A stretch of 64,000 bases of DNA, from positions 2,916-66,915 of IMG/VR virus record IMGVR_UViG_3300047469_000054. One strand, given 5' to 3'. The notes beneath the pieces are model-generated. The model saw nothing but the letters and a program-made list of their open reading frames with translations, did not search any database and was not told the origin of the DNA. A program made the position numbers and the translations under genes. Positions 39,134-49,065 of the stretch are shown here, piece by piece (positions within the stretch are counted from its first letter, which is position 1; each line of letters starts with the position of its first letter). This stretch comes from a virus.

Positions 39134-39750
39134 GTGAGTGGATTGCGAACACAGGCACGGCTCCGGTTGATGACGACGTAATCATTGATGTTGTGTTGCG
39201 CAACGGCGACAAATATGATTGTACGAAGGCAAATGGCTGGGAGTGGGATTTGCATAAGTATGGCGTCTTTTCAATTCAAGCATGGCGTCCGCACGTTGCT
39301 GTAGTTGCTCCAACGTACACAATCAAGCATTATGACAACATTGGCCATTCTCCAGCGTGGCCGCTTGTTCCGTCCTACTTGGGCGAACTTGAAGCCTCCG
39401 GCCTTGGCGAGAACCCCCGCCAAGGACCGGCCTATAATGATCCTGCATTCGTGCACTTCAGCAATGGTAAGCCGGTAGGCTTCCTGTCGTATCGATACGA
39501 TGACGTACGCTGTGGCTACTGGATATTGGCAGCCTGGACGGCTAGCCACTCACGCAAGACTGGTGTGCATACGCGGCTGTTTGAAGCCCTGGTGCGCCGT
39601 GCCAAGGTGAAAGATGTGTGCACGATCATCAGTGGAACGCACGTCGATAACGCTGCGTCTCAGGCTGCCTTTAAGAAGCAAGGGCGAACGGCTACTCACA
39701 TCATGTATGAGTATCGCATCAATGACTATGTTGATGGGATGGATGCATGA
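39130..39750 (+). CDS. GNAT acetyltransferase with a small N-terminal domain
   Basis: RKTGV.TRL acetyl-CoA motif A; N.AS...F.KQG. Confidence 0.65.
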   Translation: MSEWIANTGTAPVDDDVIIDVVLRNGDKYDCTKANGWEWDLHKYGVFSIQAWRPHVAVVAPTYTIKHYDNIGHSPAWPLVPSYLGELEASGLGENPRQGPAYNDPAFVHFSNGKPVGFLSYRYDDVRCGYWILAAWTASHSRKTGVHTRLFEALVRRAKVKDVCTIISGTHVDNAASQAAFKKQGRTATHIMYEYRINDYVDGMDA

Positions 39751-40166
39751 CGTCCATGCACAGCGTTATGCGCACGCCTATCAGGTATCCATTCGGCAGG
39801 CCAGCGCTTGACCAGGACGCGCTGTGGAGATGCGTGGCTAAGACGTATGCGAACTATGATCCGGATCCCATAGACTACGGCCACGACATAGGCTCGCATC
39901 AGGACGTGGAGCTACACTATTATGCAGTGGATAGGCGTACTCCATGTGGCGCTTGGATCGTGCTAGGGTATGGCGTGCATGGTCATGAACGTAGGTTCGT
40001 GCACCTTGGTAAGCGCAAGCAGTACGCCAGCAACACAGAAGGCGAGGCCGTGCGTCAGTTCGTTAAGCGCAAGGATAGGCACATCTCCATCCTGGAGGCG
40101 CAGGCCGCCGCCGCGCGCGAAGCTAGGGCTATCGCTATGCAGCACGTCGATGTAGGCTCGACGTAG
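39747..40166 (+). CDS. Hypothetical protein
   Basis: V.R.TPCGAW motif; coupled. Confidence 0.55.
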   Translation: MTSMHSVMRTPIRYPFGRPALDQDALWRCVAKTYANYDPDPIDYGHDIGSHQDVELHYYAVDRRTPCGAWIVLGYGVHGHERRFVHLGKRKQYASNTEGEAVRQFVKRKDRHISILEAQAAAAREARAIAMQHVDVGST

Positions 40167-40179
40167 CTTTTTTATTTAT

Positions 40180-40530
40180 CTAATAATAGGAATACATTCC
40201 TACAAAGATGAACTAATGATTAATATAGGAATATTATTCTAATATGTAGGAATGTATTCTCATGTTGTCTAGACAACTATGGTGATGGTCAGGTGGAAAA
40301 ATATTCTTCGAAATATCGAAATAAAAGTATTGTTTTTCACTTTTGCGCATTGCCATCGAAATGGATCCATGTTATAATGGAGGTTTTGACCGGGGGGGAG
40401 TCTAAATGTTGGAAAAATAGTTCTGGCTGGGTACCGGCGGGGGTCAAAAGCAAACGCATCTCCAAAATGGGAAATAGGTTTATTTTCCTATGTTGCTTGA
40501 TTTTTTGTGAATTGATTCCTACGTTGATTT
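40180..40530. other. Candidate cos / packaging-initiation region
   Basis: AT-rich; four TAGGAA-N4-TTCCTA-like palindromes; G-rich core flanked by TTTTGACC/GGTCAAAA; directly upstream of terS. Confidence 0.55.
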
Positions 40531-40580
40531 GCGTATTGAATCAACCATTTAACACCTATAAACATTAAGGAGTATAGCAT

Positions 40581-40982
40581 ATGGCGGGCAGACCGCGCAA
40601 GCCACTTGCCAAGGCTAAAATTGAGGGCCGAGATAAAATTCACGCCGGGCGCTATTCAGGCAGAAATGAGCCGAAAGGAACAGAAGGGGCGGGAGATCCA
40701 CCCGACTATCTACAGGATGTTGATGGCAACCTAACCCGTACCGCATGGTACCTCTTTACAATTGAGATCCCATGGCTAAACTCATCCCATAGGTCGCTAT
40801 TGGAAATGGCCTCATTGATACGCGGAGAAATCATTGCTGGCGGCATGCCTGGAATTCAACGGCTTAATGCGCTACGTATGATGCTAGCCCAAATGGGGGC
40901 AACTCCAGCGGATGCAACTAAGGTAGGTGTAGGTGGAAAAGATGACGAAGACGAAGACGATGAATTCTTTAACGGTGGCTGA
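40581..40982 (+). CDS. terS: Terminase small subunit (P27-like)
   Basis: MAGRPRKP....K..G, PPD.L, AW......PWL, G.TPA..K; acidic C-terminus; upstream of terL. Confidence 0.8.
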   Translation: MAGRPRKPLAKAKIEGRDKIHAGRYSGRNEPKGTEGAGDPPDYLQDVDGNLTRTAWYLFTIEIPWLNSSHRSLLEMASLIRGEIIAGGMPGIQRLNALRMMLAQMGATPADATKVGVGGKDDEDEDDEFFNGG

Positions 40983-43116
40983 AAAGGCCACCGCTGCCGC
41001 CCAGCGCCGCGCGCAACAAAAGGAGAAGGCTATTGCCGGAAGACAAAAAGAAGATACCGTATTGGGGAGACAGAAGCATGCGAAGCCGTTGGTTGCTGCT
41101 CAAGAACTTTCGCAAGGCAGAAAGGGAGTGGTGCGGCAAGCTGAAAACGAACAGGTTCGGCAGCCTAACGCACTGGACCGTGCTTCTGCCTATGCCCGTG
41201 CGGTATTGGATGGCGATATCATTGCCGGTCCACATGTGCGAAATACGTGCCGTAGACATTTTTCTGACCTTGACGTGGGCCGAGATCGCGGTATCTTCTT
41301 TGATTTAGCTAAGGCGCAACGCATTGTAGATTTCTTTGAGAAAAAGCTTAAGCTGTCTGAGGGGCAGTTTGAGGGCTTGCCGTTCAAGCTTGCGCCTGTT
41401 CAGGTGTTTAAGCTGGCGTCAATATTCGGATGGTATCAAGCCCCTCTTGTGGGCGGTAAATATGATTTCGATGCTCCCAAAGGCGTCGTTAAGGGTGTAA
41501 ATATTGCCGCTGGAAGGTATGCGCGTAGACGCTTTCGACGCGCGTATATCGAAGAGGGCAAAGGGAACGGCAAAAGCCCCTTTGCCGGGGGCATCGGCCT
41601 ATATGGCTTATGCGCAGATGGCGAAGGCGGAGCGCAGATTTACGCCGCCGCCGCTAAGCAAGCGCAGGCGAACATTCTGTTTCAGGATGCCGTAAAGATG
41701 CGCGCTGCAAGTAAGGCGCTAAAAAAGCGCATTAATGGGATATCTGGTGGTCCAGGCAAGGAATACAATATGGCGCATTTGGCGTCAGGATCTTTCTTTC
41801 GTCCAATCTCAAAGGAGGCGGGCAAGACAGGCTCCGGCCCGCGCCCGCTATTCGCCTTGTGCGATGAAGTGCATGAGCATCCAGATAGAAAGATTATGGA
41901 GATGCTGGAACGTGGCTTTAAGTTCCGACTGTCTCCGCTACTGCTTATGATCACTAATAGCGGTAGCGATCGCAATTCCATTTGTTGGGAAGAGCACGAA
42001 TGGGCATGTAAGGTGGCCGCTGGCACTAGGACGCCTGACGATGATTTTACCTATGTTGGTGAGCCAATTGGCGATGATACGTTCTCGTATGTTTGCGCTA
42101 TGGATAAGGATGACAACCCACTAACTGATCCGTCGTGCTGGTACAAGGCTAACCCAATGCTGGATATTATCCTTTCTCAAGAATACCTAGCTGGCGTCGT
42201 GAAAACCGCCAAGGATATTCCAGGTCAGAGAAACGGTATTTTGCGGCTGCATTTTTGCACTTGGACAGATTCCGATAAGGGATGGATGAGTCGAGAGATA
42301 ATCGATAGGGCCATGGTTGACTTTGATCCTTACGAAATTCATAAGGAGGGAATTATTGCCGCTGGCGTTGACTTGTCCAAGACTCGAGATTTGACCGCCG
42401 CAGCTTTCGTCGTAGAGACTGGAAAGGTTACTGTTGATAGAACGAATTCGGATGGCTCCATTGAGGAAATGGAACTACCTACGTTTGATGCGTGGGTAGA
42501 GGCGTGGACTCCAAAGGACACTATTCTAGCACGCTCTGAAGCAGACAAGCAACCATATGTATTATGGTCGGAAACCATGTATCCCGGAACTGATCAGCCA
42601 TATTTAAGGTCGACTCCTGGGGAGCGCATTAGATATGATCATGTCGCATCATTCTTTGTGAAGGTTAATCAAGAGATGCGCCTTAAGGGCATTGCATATG
42701 ATAGATATGCATATGATAAGTTTAAGGAGGAGTGCGAAAATCAAGGGCTTGATGTTAAGCATATAGCCCATCCGCAAGGCGGCAAGATCCGCGCTAGGGT
42801 AGACCCTAAAGATGTTGAATTGGCTGAGAAGGCCGGAAAACCAAAGCCTCTTGGCTTATGGATGCCTGGGTCTTTGAAGTTATTCGAAGACGCTATTATT
42901 GATGGGCGCGTGCGCTTGCGTATGTCGCCCGTGTTGATGACTGCGCTTATGGGCGCGGCTCTGGCTAAGCCAGATGACCAGGGAAATACATGGTTTGTTA
43001 AGGGTGACACAACAGTTAGAATCGACCCGGCTGTCGCTCTAGTTATGGCGTTTGGATTAATTCACGATATGCCGATTGACGAAACTGAAGGTAAATTCCA
43101 AATGATGTTTCTGTAG
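40960..43116 (+). CDS. terL: Terminase large subunit (cos-type)
   Basis: GKGNGKS Walker A, LCDEVH Walker B, W.KANP, GVDLS...DL, YDRY, RIDPAVALVMA. Confidence 0.95.
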   Translation: MNSLTVAEKATAAAQRRAQQKEKAIAGRQKEDTVLGRQKHAKPLVAAQELSQGRKGVVRQAENEQVRQPNALDRASAYARAVLDGDIIAGPHVRNTCRRHFSDLDVGRDRGIFFDLAKAQRIVDFFEKKLKLSEGQFEGLPFKLAPVQVFKLASIFGWYQAPLVGGKYDFDAPKGVVKGVNIAAGRYARRRFRRAYIEEGKGNGKSPFAGGIGLYGLCADGEGGAQIYAAAAKQAQANILFQDAVKMRAASKALKKRINGISGGPGKEYNMAHLASGSFFRPISKEAGKTGSGPRPLFALCDEVHEHPDRKIMEMLERGFKFRLSPLLLMITNSGSDRNSICWEEHEWACKVAAGTRTPDDDFTYVGEPIGDDTFSYVCAMDKDDNPLTDPSCWYKANPMLDIILSQEYLAGVVKTAKDIPGQRNGILRLHFCTWTDSDKGWMSREIIDRAMVDFDPYEIHKEGIIAAGVDLSKTRDLTAAAFVVETGKVTVDRTNSDGSIEEMELPTFDAWVEAWTPKDTILARSEADKQPYVLWSETMYPGTDQPYLRSTPGERIRYDHVASFFVKVNQEMRLKGIAYDRYAYDKFKEECENQGLDVKHIAHPQGGKIRARVDPKDVELAEKAGKPKPLGLWMPGSLKLFEDAIIDGRVRLRMSPVLMTALMGAALAKPDDQGNTWFVKGDTTVRIDPAVALVMAFGLIHDMPIDETEGKFQMMFL

Positions 43117-43211
43117 GGTTTACGTTTTTAAAGAATTAAATAGGGAACGGGAGGCTATATGTAGGCACTTTCGAACGTATCGAAAACCAATACACTGAAA
43201 AGGAAAAATAG

Positions 43212-45182
43212 TTGAAAACGCATCGTGCTTATTCGCTGCTTTCCGTAAATAACGTTGTAAAGGCCGTAAAGGCCGGTAGCGATACCGAACAGCGCATTAT
43301 TTCCGGCATTGCAACGACTCCGACGCCTGACCGCGTTGGGGATATTATCGATCCGGCTGGCGTTTCTTTCAATAATCCTCTCCCGCTTCTTTGGCAGCAT
43401 ATGCATTCCATGCCAGTTGGTACCGTTGTTTTCGGCAAGGCTACCGATAAGGGAATTCCTTTTACTGCTACTCTTCCTGTTGTTGAGGAAGAGGGAAATT
43501 TGAAGCAGCGGGTTGATGAAGCTTGGCAGAGCGTCAAATTAGGTCTTGTACGGGCTGTATCAATTGGGTTTCGACCCATTGAATTTAGCTTTCTCGATAG
43601 CGGAGGCGTCCGTTTTACGGAGACTGAAGTTTTCGAATTGTCTCTGGTAACTGTTCCTGCAAATGCAGAGGCTACCATTGACGTTGTAAAAAGCATTGAC
43701 GCAAAGGTAATTGTTGCCGCTAGCGGAGCAAAGAGCGTTAAGGCAAAAGAGGTTACGAAGTCTGGACGCGTTGTCTTGACGAAAAGCAAGGAGAATAAAT
43801 TGGACTACGCCAAACAGATCGCAGAATTCCTGGAAACCAAGGCTGCAAAGATTGAGGCTGCAAACGCCCTTCTTGAAAAGTCTGCTTCCGCAACTCTAAC
43901 CGATGAAGATTCGGCAGAGTACGACAATCTCAATGTTGAGATTGACTCCATTGACGCACATGTGAAGCGTCTTGAACAGGCGCAGGCTCGTTCTAAGGCT
44001 TCCGCTGTTGCCGTCGATACTACTAAGACCGCTGCTGCTGCTGCTGCTGCCCGCGCTGGCGTCCATGCCGTCGCTAAGGCTCCCAAGCTGGAAAAGGGTA
44101 TCGAGTTCGCACAGTTCGCCATCTGCCTTGGTGCGGCTAAGGGTAGCCTACTCCAGGCTCGCGAAATCGCGCAGACTCGTTTCGTAGGCAATGCTGACCT
44201 GAATGTGGCGATTAAGGCTGCCGTTGCTGCCGGTACTACCACGGACGCCACTTGGGCCGCCCCTCTCGTTGACACCTATCAGCGCTTTGCTGGTGATTTC
44301 ATCGAGTTCCTTCGTCCGCAGACCATTCTTGGTAAGTTCGGAACGGCTGGCATTCCTTCGCTGCGTCGCGTTCCGTTCAATATCGAAGTTGCTGGCCAGA
44401 CTTCTGGCGGTAATGGTTACTGGGTCGGTGAAGGCAAGCCGAAGCCGCTGACCAAGTTCGATTACGCTAACGTTACGTTGCGTTGGGCCAAGGTCGCAAA
44501 CATCGCCGTTCTGACTGAAGAGCTTCTTCGGTTCTCCAATCCTTCGGCAGAAGCACTGGTTCGCGACTCGCTGGCTGCCGCTCTGATTGAGCGCCTGGAC
44601 ATCGACTTTATCAATCCTGCCAAGGCAGCCGTTGCTAACGTGTCTCCGGCTTCGATCACCAACGGCGTTGTTGGTATCCCGTCGTCTGGCAATGATGCTG
44701 CCGCCGTTCGCAATGATATTGCCGCCGTATTTGGCGCCTATATTGCCGCGAACATGACGCCTACTTCTGGCGTCTGGATTATGCAGGCTACCACTGCCCT
44801 GGCTCTGTCTCTTATGCAGAACCCGCTTGGCCAGTCTGAGTTCCCCGGCATCGGTATGAATGGCGGTACGCTGTTTGGCCTTCCTGTCATTGTTTCGCAG
44901 TATGTTGCCGCTGGCAACGTTATTCTGGCGAATGCTCAGGACATCTTTTTGGCTGACGATGGTCAGATCATGATTGATGCCTCGCGTGAAGCGTCGCTTC
45001 AGATGGATAATGCGCCTGCAACTCAGGACGCAACGACCGGCGCAGGCATCGAGCTTGTTTCGATGTTCCAGACCAATAGCGTTGCTATCCGCGCTGAACG
45101 CTGGATTAACTGGCAGAAGCGCCGCGCTGGTGCCGTCGTTCTTCTTACTGGCGTTGCCTGGGGCCAGCCTGAAACCCCGTAA
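43212..45182 (+). CDS. Prohead protease - major capsid protein fusion (HK97 fold)
   Basis: Protease motifs DRVGDI, LLWQH, SIGF, ELSLVTVPAN, then a coiled-coil delta domain and capsid (WVGEG..KP, FQ.N.VA.RAER). Confidence 0.9.
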   Translation: MKTHRAYSLLSVNNVVKAVKAGSDTEQRIISGIATTPTPDRVGDIIDPAGVSFNNPLPLLWQHMHSMPVGTVVFGKATDKGIPFTATLPVVEEEGNLKQRVDEAWQSVKLGLVRAVSIGFRPIEFSFLDSGGVRFTETEVFELSLVTVPANAEATIDVVKSIDAKVIVAASGAKSVKAKEVTKSGRVVLTKSKENKLDYAKQIAEFLETKAAKIEAANALLEKSASATLTDEDSAEYDNLNVEIDSIDAHVKRLEQAQARSKASAVAVDTTKTAAAAAAARAGVHAVAKAPKLEKGIEFAQFAICLGAAKGSLLQAREIAQTRFVGNADLNVAIKAAVAAGTTTDATWAAPLVDTYQRFAGDFIEFLRPQTILGKFGTAGIPSLRRVPFNIEVAGQTSGGNGYWVGEGKPKPLTKFDYANVTLRWAKVANIAVLTEELLRFSNPSAEALVRDSLAAALIERLDIDFINPAKAAVANVSPASITNGVVGIPSSGNDAAAVRNDIAAVFGAYIAANMTPTSGVWIMQATTALALSLMQNPLGQSEFPGIGMNGGTLFGLPVIVSQYVAAGNVILANAQDIFLADDGQIMIDASREASLQMDNAPATQDATTGAGIELVSMFQTNSVAIRAERWINWQKRRAGAVVLLTGVAWGQPETP

Positions 45183-45212
45183 TACGGTGATCCTTTTGGA
45201 TTAAAATTGAAT

Positions 45213-45248
45213 GGGCCGCTCTGCTCTGGCAAGGGCGGCCCTTTTTTC
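45213..45248 (+). terminator. Terminator after the capsid gene
   Basis: GGGCCGC...GCGGCCC followed by TTTTTT. Confidence 0.7.
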
Positions 45249-45264
45249 ATAAAGGAGATAGACT

Positions 45265-45609
45265 ATGCATAAGATTATTGTAACGGTAAAGGTGGCTCAT
45301 ACTGGAATGGGTATGTGGCGGGCCGTTGGCTCTACGTATGCCGTTGAGCGTTCGTATGCCAAGATCCTCCGGGCCATCGGTAAGGTTGACTACAATGACG
45401 CTGTGGCGCCTTCTGCGTCTGATGCTGTCATCTATCCATCTAGCGGAGAGTTGGCGTCCGTTGACGCTCTCAGGGATGAATATGAACGCATTAGCGGCAA
45501 AGAAGCAGACAAGCGCTGGAAAGCTCCGCGCCTTGCTGCCGCCATTGCTGAGATTGGCGCAAATACGCCTGAGCTTGATGTGGGCGAAAAGCAAGGCGAA
45601 GAAAATTGA
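45265..45609 (+). CDS. Head-associated hypothetical protein
   Basis: AAGGAG RBS; C-terminal LR.EY....GK..D.RW....L motif. Confidence 0.55.
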   Translation: MHKIIVTVKVAHTGMGMWRAVGSTYAVERSYAKILRAIGKVDYNDAVAPSASDAVIYPSSGELASVDALRDEYERISGKEADKRWKAPRLAAAIAEIGANTPELDVGEKQGEEN

Positions 45610-46817
45610 TCGGATTTGCTGAATTCATCAAGGAAATTTCTGCTGTTGGAGATGGCAGCGGGGATGCGGTGAATCCAATTATTCCTAGCGTTGGAATTCT
45701 TGCCGCCAATAGAACGCAATACAAGACGAACACAGCCAGCATTACCGCTCCGTTTACATCTCGGCGCATGCATTACGCGCACCCTGACGGTGACATTTCA
45801 GATATCCAAACGGTAGATCTTAATAGTTTCCTGGCTGGAATTTCGACGGCATCAAATGGGCCGGTACACAACATAAAGAGATTCATTGAGTATCCGCAGG
45901 GAGTCTTTACTCCGGTTTTATGGGGTGGACTCGATGTGGTTTCTCTTTCTGCCGGTGGAAGAATTAAGTCTGACATTGTCGCCGGACTAACTATTCCGGC
46001 TGGAGAAAAGTTTTGGGAACGTACGGTCATATTGACAAGCGGAAACATCCCCGTTTGCGTTATGCCCGCTGCGTCTAGCGCTATTGGCGTTGATGATGGC
46101 AACATCTCCGGTGATTTCGGTAATTCAGGTGCGATTGGCCCGACTACCGGCCTAAATACAATCGGATGTCAGGCTATTGTTGGCACGGTAAATGCTACCG
46201 ATGCTAGGAGCTTCGTCCTTCTTGGTGACAGCTTGACGTTTGGCGCGCTGGATATTACCGGATCTGGGCCAAAGGGAGCATCTGGTTTTGTCGCCCGCAT
46301 GCTGGATGATCATGGCTACCCGTATATGAAATGGTGCATTGGCGGTCAATATCTCCAGAACCAAGTAACCATGGCATCTAGAATCAATGCGGACATTGGT
46401 CAATTCAATTTCTCCGATTTCATCATTGCGTCAGGTCTCAATGATCTTAGTCTCGGTAGCCGGACAAAGGCACAGGTATTGGCCGATATCCAGACGATGG
46501 CAACTCAAACTAATGTTGCTGGAAAGCGCGTGTGGAAGACGACTATTACGCCAAGGTCTTCCTCTACGGATAGTTGGGCTACGGTGGAGAATCAATTGCC
46601 TCGCACGGATGGAAACATGGCGGATCTGATTCCTCTTAATGCCGATATCCGCGCCGGACTTCCTAATGTCTATGGGTTCATTGATGCCGCTGATGCCGCA
46701 ATGAGCGCTAGAGATAGCGGAATTCATAAAGCCCCACCAGCGGGAACTACAGATGGAACGCACTTCAATTCAGTTCGAGCCGAATTGATTTCGTCTCTTA
46801 TCGGCGTGGAAATTTAA
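45606..46817 (+). CDS. SGNH/GDSL esterase, probably virion-associated
   Basis: GDSL, G.ND and DGTH blocks intact. Confidence 0.8.
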   Translation: MIGFAEFIKEISAVGDGSGDAVNPIIPSVGILAANRTQYKTNTASITAPFTSRRMHYAHPDGDISDIQTVDLNSFLAGISTASNGPVHNIKRFIEYPQGVFTPVLWGGLDVVSLSAGGRIKSDIVAGLTIPAGEKFWERTVILTSGNIPVCVMPAASSAIGVDDGNISGDFGNSGAIGPTTGLNTIGCQAIVGTVNATDARSFVLLGDSLTFGALDITGSGPKGASGFVARMLDDHGYPYMKWCIGGQYLQNQVTMASRINADIGQFNFSDFIIASGLNDLSLGSRTKAQVLADIQTMATQTNVAGKRVWKTTITPRSSSTDSWATVENQLPRTDGNMADLIPLNADIRAGLPNVYGFIDAADAAMSARDSGIHKAPPAGTTDGTHFNSVRAELISSLIGVEI

Positions 46818-46915
46818 TTAGCATCATGGGCTAGATGCTGTGATCGGCGGATCACGTAAGAATGTTTAGCCATTTATTAATCGCGCTTATGCGCCAACAC
46901 ATGAGGACGATGTAA

Positions 46916-48904
46916 ATGGCTAAACCAGTAACGACAAGATTCGGAAATTTCGTTGTAAAGCTTGGAAACGACGCTGTGCCGATTGTGTATTCGGCGCCAT
47001 GCGGCTTTACCTCTAAATCATTGCAGCTTACAAAAGACTTGACAGAGGTTAATATTCCAGACTGCGACAATCCCGATTCTGTGGCGTGGATCGGGAGAGA
47101 CGCGGCTAGTTTGTCTGCGCAAGTAAGCGGAGACGGAATTCTGGCCTCAGAATCCGTCGATATCTGGCTTGACGCTTGGGAAAACTCGAATTCAGTTCCA
47201 ATTGAGATTTCCGTGGCCTTTCCATCAAAAACCATTGTGTGGACCGGATATGCGCAAGTTTCGGAGCTAACGATATCGGCAGAGCAGGGCGGTCGCGTGA
47301 CAATTAGCGTTACTCTGATGAGTGACGGTGAATTGACCCGTGTAAGCAATGAGACTCTTGTAACCGTATTGGCGCATAAGGTGTATGGTCCTGGTTACAA
47401 TAGCGGCGCAGCTCCACTTACCGGGGACGGCTCAGCTAAGGGCTACAATGTCATTCTTACGAATGAAACTGGAGCGCCGATTACGACGGCGTCTATTGCC
47501 CTCCAGGGCTGGACATTGACATTAGCAGGAACGACTGACACGGGGAATAGCTTTAGCGTAATCTCAAATGTGGAGTATCCAGTCGGAACTATAAGCGCTG
47601 TCTTCCCCACCACGGTTGTTCCTAGTGGGCAGAATGTTGCTACGGCTCCGATCCCGCTAACCACGCCGATTCCGATTGGCGGCGCCTTTAGGGTAACTCT
47701 TGTCAGCACTCCAGCAAATGGACAAAAATACATTGCTAATATTGGCTTTGCTGGCTTGCGCTCGCATGTGAATATTAGCAAAGCCGCCAGCGTTCGCCTT
47801 ATGGGTGTTGGTGACAGTATTATGACCAATAACGGTAGCGCTGTATATAATGCGGCAACTGGAAAGTGCCCCGCATATATAAATAGTATAATCGGAGCTA
47901 CCGCAAAATCATACGGAGATAATTCTGCTCAATATTTCGCTAGACAGGCTGATCTAGCCTCATTGCTTGGTATAACTCATATTATATCAAATTTTGGAAC
48001 AAATGATTTTGGATCATCCGACACTGTGGCGAATCTAAAGACTTATCTAGGAAATATGCGTGACGCCGCTAGGGGCAAGGGAGTCGCTTTTGTTCAGGCG
48101 ACAATCCTTCCCAGGACAAATCTCAATGTTTCCGATAACAGGATAACGGCCACGTCCGTTACCGGTTCAGGGACAACCATTAACGCAGTAGTTCCGGATG
48201 CAAGCAAGTTCACCGTTGGTCATCCATACTTCTTTGCGGGCGCTACTCCAGCCGCGTATAACGACATAAAGATATGTACCGCCATCAACACTACTACGAA
48301 CACTGTATCATTCAAGTTCGCAGGATCGGGCACGAGTCCGGCAACCGGAACAATAACAATTGCGCCGACATATGTGACGCAGAGCGTTGGTTTCATGACG
48401 CCATTTAATTCATATTATACGGCTGGTATCGCATCTCCTCGCGGTCAAATAAATGCTTGGATACGAAGTGGGGTATTCGATGGATATATTGATTGGGCCG
48501 ATGCTGTCGAGCCGACGCGAGATAGCGGTCGCTGGAAGGTATCTGGTGAAGACGCGCTATTGCCAGCAACGCAAACCGTAACTGTGTCCGCCGTAGTTAG
48601 TACTACTGTGTTCACGTCAGATTACAATCGTGGCGTCGGCACAATGGCGTCAGGCCTTGTGCAGCCAATCACCGGCGCCAACGCTGGTCAGGTGGCTGGA
48701 GCAACGGGAAACACATCAACCAATATCACCTTGCTTGCTGCGTTCTCTGCCGCTCAGGCTATAGGAGATACATATTATTGCGTCCCTAAGCCATTCTATA
48801 TGTCGGCAGATGGTGCGCATCCCGCCGCTAGTGTGGGCGGCAAGGGAGGGCAAATTCACATAGACAATGCAACCTTGTCCTGGATTAACGCGGCGCTAGC
48901 TTGA
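46916..48904 (+). CDS. Tail-tube-protein paralogue fused to an SGNH esterase
   Basis: First ~144 aa are ~80% identical (hand count) to 53817-54263; then GDS, GTND, DGAHP. Confidence 0.8.
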   Translation: MAKPVTTRFGNFVVKLGNDAVPIVYSAPCGFTSKSLQLTKDLTEVNIPDCDNPDSVAWIGRDAASLSAQVSGDGILASESVDIWLDAWENSNSVPIEISVAFPSKTIVWTGYAQVSELTISAEQGGRVTISVTLMSDGELTRVSNETLVTVLAHKVYGPGYNSGAAPLTGDGSAKGYNVILTNETGAPITTASIALQGWTLTLAGTTDTGNSFSVISNVEYPVGTISAVFPTTVVPSGQNVATAPIPLTTPIPIGGAFRVTLVSTPANGQKYIANIGFAGLRSHVNISKAASVRLMGVGDSIMTNNGSAVYNAATGKCPAYINSIIGATAKSYGDNSAQYFARQADLASLLGITHIISNFGTNDFGSSDTVANLKTYLGNMRDAARGKGVAFVQATILPRTNLNVSDNRITATSVTGSGTTINAVVPDASKFTVGHPYFFAGATPAAYNDIKICTAINTTTNTVSFKFAGSGTSPATGTITIAPTYVTQSVGFMTPFNSYYTAGIASPRGQINAWIRSGVFDGYIDWADAVEPTRDSGRWKVSGEDALLPATQTVTVSAVVSTTVFTSDYNRGVGTMASGLVQPITGANAGQVAGATGNTSTNITLLAAFSAAQAIGDTYYCVPKPFYMSADGAHPAASVGGKGGQIHIDNATLSWINAALA

Positions 48905-49065
48905 TGTTGCATGATGCCATATGCCTAATAGGCGCGACTGTCTGTATTGTCATTCTGGTCGCGCTTATATTGCTAGCATGGAGTTCAGTCGCCTTGATGG
49001 TTGTAGCGCCGTGACCAATTAATGAAGACAGCGAGATTATATTTCGTTCTCAAAGGAGAATATTT

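Noticed and set aside
40293-40568. 91-aa ORF upstream of terS (also ORF 34070-34294)
   Set aside because: Lie in AT-rich regulatory regions with atypical composition; probably spurious
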